Shown piece by piece: positions 32,701-40,252 of a stretch of DNA of 64,000 nucleotides. How positions within the stretch are numbered: position 1 is the stretch's first letter; each line of letters starts with the position of its first letter. The DNA is taken from contig JAKSCC010000189.1 in assembly GCA_022360815.1 (NCBI GenBank), forward strand, positions 19,145 to 83,144, given 5' to 3'. Below the pieces are notes generated by a model. It saw only the letters and a list, made by a program, of their open reading frames with translations. It did no database searches and was not told where the DNA came from. The DNA is from Desulfobacterales bacterium. GTDB lineage: Bacteria > Desulfobacterota > Desulfobacteria > Desulfobacterales > Desulfolunaceae. The translations under genes and the position numbers were made by a program.

Positions 32701-33481
32701 CTTGGACCAGGTGCGTCTCAATGGCTTGCCAGGTTTCAGGCGTGAAGGTCAGCATGACTGAAATGCCTGCAGAATCTCTTCCACGCACCTCAAGGCGGTT
32801 GATGGCGTTTAGAGTGGCATTGATCTTTTTGTAGGGGCGAATCCAGGTGTCGCCGGTGAGAAGCCCGCCGGAAAGGGCGGTGGTGCGGGTGACATTTTCC
32901 AAAATCTCCAAAGAGAGTGTCCAATAGATATCCTTGAGTTTTTCAAGGGCCCAGACCACAGTCTGGGTCTCTGGAGCAGAGAGGGTGCCTGCTTTCTCCT
33001 GAAAGAGAGCCTCTTCGGATGTGAGAATGGCTTTGGCTTTCACCCCGGCTTTTTGTATCGCATCAAGGGCTTGGCTTTGTGTGATAAGAGAGGCGAAAGG
33101 AGTATCCTGCTTGAAGGTGCAAACACTCTGGTAAAGGGCCTCCATGGCCTCAGGGCCTCCCAGGTATTTTTGATCCAGGTCGTTTTTTTGGGGAAGAAAA
33201 GAGGAGAGCCCTTTTTTTTCTATGCGGTCAAGAGCCTCCACAAGATCAAGGGTCTCCTGGGGTACAAGCGCATTCTCAAAAGAGACCATACCAGCCAGCC
33301 CGCAACAGAGGGTGGTTGGGTGAATGGGAAAAAGAATAAGGGCACGGCCCAGTGAAGTTTTCGGACGTTTTCCCAAATGAATTGTGGTGTTCAAAAGAGA
33401 CCGTGCGCTTCGGCCGGCTCGCTTGAGGAGGGAGAGGTGAGTGTCTGGTGAGGTGCTGTTATCCATGCGATGGGTCTCCAT
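29738..33481 (-). CDS. glmS: very large glutamine-fructose-6-phosphate aminotransferase-like protein (GATase + 2 SIS + extensions)
   Basis: CGLAG, LEVRGRDSAG, HTRWAS, NCHP, NGDIDN, ISQSGTT, SVASTKAF, KLSELCY, AKTVTVG. Confidence 0.8.
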   Translation of the reverse strand: METHRMDNSTSPDTHLSLLKRAGRSARSLLNTTIHLGKRPKTSLGRALILFPIHPTTLCCGLAGMVSFENALVPQETLDLVEALDRIEKKGLSSFLPQKNDLDQKYLGGPEAMEALYQSVCTFKQDTPFASLITQSQALDAIQKAGVKAKAILTSEEALFQEKAGTLSAPETQTVVWALEKLKDIYWTLSLEILENVTRTTALSGGLLTGDTWIRPYKKINATLNAINRLEVRGRDSAGISVMLTFTPETWQAIETHLVQEGLETQLGERLKGDTLLNNSLAIGKGPFGTSLAFVYKRAAEIGSLGDNVSFLRQQVRNDLILRAVTTFPHTNLTVNSHTRWASVGAITDANCHPVDNRSTDSRLPRNGTLHVSLNGDIDNHLQLKGAWEDRYAPFQKEITTDTKVIPMQIETYLKAGHDIEEAFRLSVCDFKGSHAITLQTDLAPGKLFLAQKGSGQALFVGLAPDHYIAVSEVYGFVEETSRYLKLDGEKTITGKDGKPVSGQIMILDAAQAAEKGAEAGITSYHYDGTPIDINAESVMKTEITSRDIDRQDFPHYFLKEISESPDSVEKTLTNRWKRDEAKDLCYTCLDEDAIPASIISGIRAGRISRIFLVGQGTAGIAAQAIGHLFTHYLGDPSIQVCPLKASELSGFMMGDEEGDTMSDALVIAISQSGTTTDTNLAVDMVKRKGAATLAIVNRRDSDLTFKVDGVVYTSSGRDIEMSVASTKAFYSQIVAGALIGLHLSAKTEKQSSRFISQEIRELLALPPKMRKVLTMKEGFKESAFAYAVNRTYWASVGSGANKASSDEIRIKLSELCYKTISSDFVEDKKHIDLSSEPLILVCAAGTRESVLGDIIKDTAIFNAHKAIPIVITDEGEERFTPYARSIFQVPRCPEHLAPIVNTLAGHIWGYYAALAINEGSRLIFSLRKKVQKLITEYEAKGMNLYEITLEKRFRETITEVYRSFRSSRRKGMLPPILGLNTASDITLVLKYLNGKLPSGDFELDFGVKGIPRNMLNKLFECFSDAINAMARPVDAIKHQAKTVTVGTSRITETFEGILFDELTARQIALAQLTSTNVLVLKNLQGVIEGIKGAVFYRIDGLNLLGEATEKTTISLLEKSGVFQNIESRVENDTRLKGTKSIIVREGNVFIGKGNKDDKNTLIIPILSKEANFIEHILSLNVTFKKGRIPLHIKSKALGGKHERIRNIMQERGFTWDDAFMDLLPVDQLFGLSAEKIGEAMAQAIEM

Positions 33482-33508
33482 AAGTATGTGAGGGGCCTTG
33501 CCGGTGGT

Positions 33509-34885
33509 TTAACCGGTGGTTTCCGTCTTGCCTGTGTCTGCCACCTGAGTGTTTTGGGGCGGCTGAGAAAAGTAGTTGGTCATGGCCATGCGTGCATACG
33601 TACTTGCTCGAGTGCCAATATATTTCTGGTGGCCTACGACGACGGCGATGGCCATGGCACGCTGGCCTCTTTTTTCTTTTGCAAAGCCAACAAACCAGTC
33701 AACGCGAACGTCTCGGCCTTTGTTGAAAATGGAGCCGGTTTTTCCCCCGAGGACGAGGTCTTTGAGGACGGCGTCACGACGATAGCCGGAAAAGCTCTTA
33801 CGGGCGGTTCCTGATCGAATGGTTCGTTCCATGAGTTTTTCTACGGTTTGTGATGCTTTGGTTGTGGTTACCCTTCCCAGGTCATGGGCCTGAGCAGAAT
33901 AGAGATTTTCTTGGGTTTCTCCCGTTACTTTTTCAATGAGGTATGGAGCAGGAAGAACCCCTCCATTGATGGCTGTGGCTGCAATAAGAGCTCCATGAAG
34001 TGGAGATATTTTCGTGGCGCGGTTGAAGCCGCAGGCTACCTCGGCCCACTGATAGGGGTCCTCTTCGATGGAGAGCACGCTGGGCTGCACAGGGAGATCA
34101 AATTCAATGGGCCGGTTAAAAAAGAACTTTTCGCCATATGTTTTAAGCTTTTTTCCTTTGAGCTTTAAGGTTCCCAGTTTCCCGAAAACCGGATTGACCG
34201 ATTGGGCAAAGGCATCTCTGAGTGTAATGGTGTTTGTATAACGATTCTTTTTTTCCGTAAGCTGGCGCTTGTAAAGGGTGTACTTTCCTCCGTTAAAGTT
34301 CAGGCGTGTGGTTGGAGAAAAATGCAAGGTCTCCACAGCTGCGGAAGCCGTGATGATTTTAAAGATGCTGGCTGCCGGATAGTGGGCTTCAATGGAGGGG
34401 TTTACCGATCCTTTGTCGCTGCTAAGTCCTACCAGAGAGATGATACGCCCGGTTTCAGGGTCCAGGGCCACGGCAGATACATAACGTGGGGTTTCCCTTT
34501 TTTTTGCAATATTGCGTTTAAACTCAGAGATGAGAAGTTCCTGAAGCTCCATGTTGAGGGTGGTTTTCACCTCAACAGGCTTGCCTTCAACATGCGCTGT
34601 GAAAGTATCCTTTTGGCAAGAGGCCAGTTGTTCAGGAGCCAGGAGGCTTCGCACCACATCGGCTCCAAGGCCGATTTTCTCTTCAAGGGGCTTTTTACGG
34701 TGTGCTGACGTGTTTTCTTCTTCGGAAAAAAAATGCACCCCTATCGTCAAGAGGCAGGCGATTATCGTGAGAAAAACACCCCCTCTTTTTATCCCTGAAA
34801 TCAGTGATGCATGTCGCTTTCTGTTTCGCTGGCTTTGTTTAAGGCTTTCTTGGTAGGCACGCCAGCCTTGATACCTTTGTGGCAT
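33509..34885 (-). CDS. penicillin-binding protein, transpeptidase domain
   Basis: N-terminal TM helix; SIFK (SxxK), SVN (SxN), GKTG (KTG). Confidence 0.88.
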   Translation of the reverse strand: MPQRYQGWRAYQESLKQSQRNRKRHASLISGIKRGGVFLTIIACLLTIGVHFFSEEENTSAHRKKPLEEKIGLGADVVRSLLAPEQLASCQKDTFTAHVEGKPVEVKTTLNMELQELLISEFKRNIAKKRETPRYVSAVALDPETGRIISLVGLSSDKGSVNPSIEAHYPAASIFKIITASAAVETLHFSPTTRLNFNGGKYTLYKRQLTEKKNRYTNTITLRDAFAQSVNPVFGKLGTLKLKGKKLKTYGEKFFFNRPIEFDLPVQPSVLSIEEDPYQWAEVACGFNRATKISPLHGALIAATAINGGVLPAPYLIEKVTGETQENLYSAQAHDLGRVTTTKASQTVEKLMERTIRSGTARKSFSGYRRDAVLKDLVLGGKTGSIFNKGRDVRVDWFVGFAKEKRGQRAMAIAVVVGHQKYIGTRASTYARMAMTNYFSQPPQNTQVADTGKTETTG

Positions 34886-35027
34886 AGATCACGCTGGAAG
34901 TCGTTGTCACTTCGGGTTCAAATGCCCCGGCCCGTGGGCCGGGGTGGTGTCAGAGGCGATGTTACGGATACCCCTAAAGAACATTCGTTTAACTTTTTAG
35001 GGGCATCATTTTTTTATCAAGGCGTTA

Positions 35028-36959
35028 CTATTTCACCGGGGTCCCGGGTTTGAGCCCTTCCAGTTGAAAAGTGGCCAGAGAAAGGTGCTTGCGTTTGGTG
35101 GCCGCCAGCAGCATGCCTTGGGACTCTACACCCATAATTTTTGCGGGTGCGAGGTTGGCCACCACCACCACTTGGGTGCCCTTAACTTCTTCAGGGGTGT
35201 AGCTCTTAGCAATGCCTGCAACGATGGTTCTGGGAACCCCTTCCCCAAGGTCCACGCTGAGCTTGAGAAGCTTGTTGGCCTTGGGAACGGCTTCTGCATC
35301 CAGTACAGTACCCACACGAAGATCCACGTTCATGAAGTCGTCAAAGCTGATCTCTTCTTTGATGGGAGTGGCCAGCTCTTTTTTGACCGGAGTGCTCTTC
35401 TCCTTTTTTGTCTCTTCAAAGGCCTTCATGTCGATTCGAGGAAAGAGCGCCTTGGTTTTGGTGATGGAGCCTCCGGGAGGAAGCTCTCCCCATGTTTCAA
35501 AGGAGGTCAAAAGCATGGGGGTATCGCCTGCCCCCAAATGGGAGAGCATCTTGGCCGAAGTTTCGGGCATGACCGGATGAATGAGGCCTGCCACCATGCG
35601 AAGTCCTTCAAGGAGGTTGTACATGACGGTTTCAAGGCGTGGTTTTTGAGCCTCATCTTTGGCCAGATCCCATGGGGCCATCTCGTCTACATACTTGTTC
35701 ATGCGGCTGACAAAAGCCCAGATGGCTTTTAAGGCACGGTCAAAGGCAAAAAGGGGCATCTCCATGCGGACGCTCTCCAGAGCTTTTTCGGCTTCACCGG
35801 CAAGTGAGAGCTCTTCCATAAGGCTGCTGTCGGGTTTTGGAACGGTGCCATCGAAGTATTTGAAGCTCATGGCCACCACCCTTGAAAAGAGGTTGCCCAA
35901 ATCGTTGGCCAGATCGTAGTTGATCCGTTTGACGATCGCCTCTTCCGAGAAGTTGGAGTCGTGGCCGAAGCTCATGTCTCGCATGAGAAAGAAGCGGTAG
36001 GCGTCCACCCCATATTTTTGAGAAAGTCCTTCGGGGCTTGCGACGTTGCCGAGGCTCTTGGACATTTTGGCCTCTCCCATGTTCCAGAACCCGTGAACGT
36101 TCAGGGTGTTGTAGATGGGAATGCCTGCGGCCTTCAGCATGGTGGGCCAGTAGATGGCATGGGTTTTTAAAATGTCTTTGGCCACAATGTGCTGCGCTTT
36201 GGGCCAGAAGGTGTTGAAGGCATCGCTTTCGGGGTACCCCAGCGCCGAAACGTAGTTTAAGAGGGCATCAAACCAGACATAGGTGACATACGCTTCATCA
36301 AAAGGGAGGGTGATACCCCAGGTGAGGCGGCTTTTGGGACGGGAGATGCACAGATCTTCCAGAGGTTCCTTTAAGAAAGAGAGCACTTCGTTGCGATACT
36401 GCTTGGGCCGAATAAAATCGGGGTTGGCTTCGATATGGTCGATGAGCCACTGCTGGTATTTGCTCATGCGAAAGAAGTAGTTGGACTCTTTAATTCGCTT
36501 GGGCTCTTTCTTATGGTCTGGGCACTTGCCGTCCACCAGTTCGCGCTCCAGATAGAATCTTTCGCAGCCCACACAGTAAAGGCCTTCGTACTCTGCATGG
36601 TAGATATCGCCGTTGTCGTAAATCTTTTGAAGAATATCGGCCACCACCTTTTTATGGCTTTCGTCGGTGGTGCGGATAAAATGGTCGTTTTCAATGGCGA
36701 GTTTGGGCCAGAGATTTTTGAAAAGGGCGCTGATCTCATCGGCATACTCTTTGGGGCTGCAGCCGTTGGTTTCCGCTGCTTCGGCTATTTTGTCTCCATG
36801 CTCATCGGTTCCGGTGAGAAAAAAAGAGGGGGCTCCAGCCATTTTATGAAATCGAGTGGCCACATCGGCAGCAATGGTGGTGTAGGCATGGCCCAGGTGT
36901 GGCTTGGCATTTACGTAGTAGATGGGTGTGGTTATATAAAAAGGTTCGGGCTGGTTCAT
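35028..36959 (-). CDS. metG: methionyl-tRNA synthetase
   Basis: PHLGH, GTDEHG, YVWFDAL, KMSKS, C-terminal Trbp111-like domain. Confidence 0.96.
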   Translation of the reverse strand: MNQPEPFYITTPIYYVNAKPHLGHAYTTIAADVATRFHKMAGAPSFFLTGTDEHGDKIAEAAETNGCSPKEYADEISALFKNLWPKLAIENDHFIRTTDESHKKVVADILQKIYDNGDIYHAEYEGLYCVGCERFYLERELVDGKCPDHKKEPKRIKESNYFFRMSKYQQWLIDHIEANPDFIRPKQYRNEVLSFLKEPLEDLCISRPKSRLTWGITLPFDEAYVTYVWFDALLNYVSALGYPESDAFNTFWPKAQHIVAKDILKTHAIYWPTMLKAAGIPIYNTLNVHGFWNMGEAKMSKSLGNVASPEGLSQKYGVDAYRFFLMRDMSFGHDSNFSEEAIVKRINYDLANDLGNLFSRVVAMSFKYFDGTVPKPDSSLMEELSLAGEAEKALESVRMEMPLFAFDRALKAIWAFVSRMNKYVDEMAPWDLAKDEAQKPRLETVMYNLLEGLRMVAGLIHPVMPETSAKMLSHLGAGDTPMLLTSFETWGELPPGGSITKTKALFPRIDMKAFEETKKEKSTPVKKELATPIKEEISFDDFMNVDLRVGTVLDAEAVPKANKLLKLSVDLGEGVPRTIVAGIAKSYTPEEVKGTQVVVVANLAPAKIMGVESQGMLLAATKRKHLSLATFQLEGLKPGTPVK

Positions 36960-37043
36960 GAAGCGTCTCTCTTGTTGTCTCTTTTCATATGCGATGGCGT
37001 GTGTACGCCACATGGAGTTCAAATTGCTTTTAACGTGCTCTTG

Positions 37044-37853
37044 TTACCCTTTGGGTTTGTCCAGTTTGACCTGATTGATTTCGGTCTCATGCTCTCCACC
37101 TTCGTCCAATTTAACGGTGAGGCGGTTGCAAATGACATTGTGGCGGATTACTTTTCCCCGTCCTTTGTCGGTGATGACGTACTTTCCGATTTTGGGGTAG
37201 CGCTCTTTGAGCTTTTTGTAGGTCTTGTCCTCAAAGGTGAGGCAGCACATGAGGCGACCGCAAAGGCCTGAAATTTTGGTGGGATTGAGGGATAGTCCCT
37301 GCTCTTTGGCCATTTTGATGGAGACAGGCTCAAATTTTTCAATAAATGAAGAGCAGCAGATCTCTCGGCCACAGCGACCCAGGCCCCCGCACATTTTGGC
37401 CTGGTTTCGAATGCCCACCTGGCGCATTTCAATGCGCAGACGGAACTGACGCACAAGAATTTTTACCAATTCACGAAAATCAACGCGACCATCGGCTGTG
37501 AAGAAGAAGGTCAGCTTGCTGGCGTCAAAGGTGCTTTCCACGGCAAAAAGGTTCATCTCAAGGCCCAGCTTATCCACCTGCTTTTGGCAGAATTCATGGG
37601 CTTCGGTTTCCAGCGCAATATTTTTTTCGCGTTGGACGACATCTTTTTCTGTTGCCAGTCGAAAAACCTTTTTTAAGGTGCTCTTCACCTCTTTTTTATC
37701 CAGAGGCACCGGTGGGGTTGCCACCACACCAAATCCGAGTCCTTGCTCTGTGGTGACAATAACCTTATCACCGACATTTAAAACATAAGGGCCACTGCTG
37801 AAATCATATATTTTTCCGGCGGGTTTAAACCGTATGCCGACTACTTTTTCCAT
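37044..37853 (-). CDS. ricT: PSP1/RicT (YaaT) family Fe-S protein
   Basis: RVDFRELVK, RIEMRQVG, CGREICC, ISGLCGRLMCCL. Confidence 0.9.
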   Translation of the reverse strand: MEKVVGIRFKPAGKIYDFSSGPYVLNVGDKVIVTTEQGLGFGVVATPPVPLDKKEVKSTLKKVFRLATEKDVVQREKNIALETEAHEFCQKQVDKLGLEMNLFAVESTFDASKLTFFFTADGRVDFRELVKILVRQFRLRIEMRQVGIRNQAKMCGGLGRCGREICCSSFIEKFEPVSIKMAKEQGLSLNPTKISGLCGRLMCCLTFEDKTYKKLKERYPKIGKYVITDKGRGKVIRHNVICNRLTVKLDEGGEHETEINQVKLDKPKG

Positions 37854-37964
37854 AATTGCCTATGCCACACTGTTTGAGTGTAAACGGGAAGGCCTTCAGC
37901 AAAAAGTTCCAGGTGAATGGTTTTACACCTGTCTCCATGCGGTGGCCAGTCCAGCTGCAGGGCG

Positions 37965-38978
37965 TCAGCTTCCCATCAGTTCAAGGGCCATCACCTCAAG
38001 GGTGTGGCGCATAACGGAATTGCCCTCAATGCGCATTTTTGCCAAGTGTACCACATCCACCATGGCTGTGATACGGTTGGCATCAAGGCGGGCGGCATCG
38101 TTTTTAATCTGATCGATTAGATCAACGTTTGCCACAGCCGATGGCATGAGATTTACCATCATCAGGTCGTGGAGATAGTGGCGAATAAGGGCCAAATTTG
38201 ACAAGGCCGTTTCACGATCTCGACCGATGATTTCTGCAAAACTCAGTGCATGGGCCACATCCCCGCGACCGGCCATGGGAAGATTTTCAGCCAGCCATTT
38301 TCGTGCAAGAAGCCATCTTGAAGCCCCTGCCTTTGAGTTTGCGATCTCTTTGGCTTTTCCAAGGTTTTCACCACAGAGGGCCGAAAGGGTTATGGCCTCT
38401 GGCTTCGAAAGAGAAAATTCTTCCATGAGTGCACACGCCACCACCTCGCGAGGCAAGGGTCTGAATCGTAGAACCTGGCAGCGTGAAACGATGGTGGGCA
38501 GAAGCTCTGAGGGTTGAAGGGCCAGAAGGACAAAATGGGTTCCTAAAGGCGGCTCTTCCAGGACCTTGAGCAGCGCATTGGTCGCTTGGGTGTTCATGCG
38601 GTCGGCCTCTTGGATGACAATGAGCCTATACCGCGCCTCAAGCGGTTTTGACAGCAGAGTATCGCACAGTTCACGGATCTGCGCAATCTTGATGTGCGTG
38701 CCATCTGGCTGAATGGCGCGAATGTCTGGGTGGGTCTGGGCGGTGATTTTTCGGCAGCTTTTGCATTTTCCGCAGAAGAGATTCGAAAGAGAGGAAGGAG
38801 CGTGGCCTTCGGTGTGTGTGGCATTCTGGCAGTTAAGGCTGAGGGCCAAGGCCATGGCGATATCTTTACGGCCGGTTCCAGCCGGGCCGGTAAAAAGCAG
38901 GGCATGGGGCAGATTTTGATTTGCGATCATACCGCAGAGGGTGTTTTCCGCAGGGCTTGACTCGGTGTGATGCGTCAT
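37965..38978 (-). CDS. holB: DNA polymerase III delta-prime subunit
   Basis: HALLFTGPAGTG, CGKCKSC zinc motif, HPD, NALLKVLEEP, LPTIVSRC. Confidence 0.93.
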   Translation of the reverse strand: MTHHTESSPAENTLCGMIANQNLPHALLFTGPAGTGRKDIAMALALSLNCQNATHTEGHAPSSLSNLFCGKCKSCRKITAQTHPDIRAIQPDGTHIKIAQIRELCDTLLSKPLEARYRLIVIQEADRMNTQATNALLKVLEEPPLGTHFVLLALQPSELLPTIVSRCQVLRFRPLPREVVACALMEEFSLSKPEAITLSALCGENLGKAKEIANSKAGASRWLLARKWLAENLPMAGRGDVAHALSFAEIIGRDRETALSNLALIRHYLHDLMMVNLMPSAVANVDLIDQIKNDAARLDANRITAMVDVVHLAKMRIEGNSVMRHTLEVMALELMGS

Positions 38979-39147
38979 GGCAGCTCCGTGGTTTGAAGGT
39001 GGCGGAACAAATAAAAATGGCACCGAGTCCGGGACAGTGGGGAGATGGTTTCCCGCGTTCAATCTGTCCCGGCAGTGCCTGAAGGGGTGGGCGCTGTGGC
39101 CCTGACACCGTCGTTTTTATAGGGACGGTGTCGCCTTTGAAGAAGCG

Positions 39148-39423
39148 TTAGTAGTCCACACGCTCCTTGAGCTCTTTGCCACACTTGAAGAAGGGAAGCT
39201 TCTTGGGGCTGATAAGAACCTTTTCTCCGGTTTTGGGGTTGCGACCGGTGTAGCTTTTGTACTCCTTGACATAAAAAGAGCAAAGCCCTCGGATCTCAAC
39301 TCTGTCACCGCGGGTCAGTGCATCGGTCATGGAGTCAAAAAAGATTTGAACAACCTCTGCGGCTTCCGCCTTGGAGATATTGGCTTCGTTTTTCAGTGTG
39401 GAGATCAGCTCCAGTTTATTCAT
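39148..39423 (-). CDS. ihfB: integration host factor beta / HU family protein
   Basis: RVEIRGLCSF, GRNPKTG, PFFKCGKELKERV. Confidence 0.88.
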   Translation of the reverse strand: MNKLELISTLKNEANISKAEAAEVVQIFFDSMTDALTRGDRVEIRGLCSFYVKEYKSYTGRNPKTGEKVLISPKKLPFFKCGKELKERVDY

Positions 39424-39698
39424 ACATCCTCCTTAGAATACCGAGACTTATCTTTAAAATTTTGCCGCCCTCGGGCGTTGCATCGCTTTTAAATAAACGG
39501 TAATCCATAGCAAGTCAAGGGGTTATGGGAAGTTTTTTGTCAGGAGACAAAAAATGAAACAATTTGCCTTTGTCAATACGTTTCGCTCCTTAAGAAGGGG
39601 CGCTTGGCGCAACTGAAAGGCGTTTTTGGGTATGCGTTTATGAGTACTTTGATACGTTGCATTTAAAGCCTGTTATGCAGAAGGGTTGTGGCTCTACT

Positions 39699-40220
39699 TC
39701 AGGCCACAACTTTTTCAATGTCGGTGTCAGCGATGTGTACGGCAGCAGACTGCCCCAGAAGTTCCATGTTAACCACGACGCGTCCCTGGCCAAGGTCTTT
39801 GTGGAAAACACCGGTCATTCCTTCAAAGGGGCCATGGGTCACCACCACCATCTCGCCTTTGGTGAAGGTAGGACCTGTAAAGATCTCTTCCCCTGCTGAG
39901 ACCATGATGCGCAGCGACTCCAAAGACTCTTCGGGTACAGGCAGGGGGCCGGCCGAGTTGCCCAGAAGCCTCACGACGCCGGTGCTCTTAAGGATGGCAA
40001 GGTGGTTGTTGGGCTTCAGGGGTGTTTTGACAAAAACATAGCCGGGGAAAATAGGTACATCGAGGATCACCCGGCGGTCTTTGCGTTTGCTGGGTTTTTT
40101 CATTTTGGGGAGAAACGCCTGAAAAGATTTTTTTGTCAACTGGTCCAGTACCACATTTTCAAATCGGCTGCGTGTATGAACGGTGTACCAGAGATTGGTG
40201 CTGGGGTTTGGATATTGCAT
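39699..40220 (-). CDS. specialized NusG paralog (UpxY/RfaH/LoaP-like antiterminator)
   Basis: WYTVHTRSRFE, PIFPGYVFV (NGN domain); GPFEGMTG (KOW); not in a secE-nusG-rplK context. Confidence 0.88.
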   Translation of the reverse strand: MQYPNPSTNLWYTVHTRSRFENVVLDQLTKKSFQAFLPKMKKPSKRKDRRVILDVPIFPGYVFVKTPLKPNNHLAILKSTGVVRLLGNSAGPLPVPEESLESLRIMVSAGEEIFTGPTFTKGEMVVVTHGPFEGMTGVFHKDLGQGRVVVNMELLGQSAAVHIADTDIEKVVA

Positions 40221-40252
40221 GGTGTCCTTTGCCTGATGATTTTGGCCCGTTG

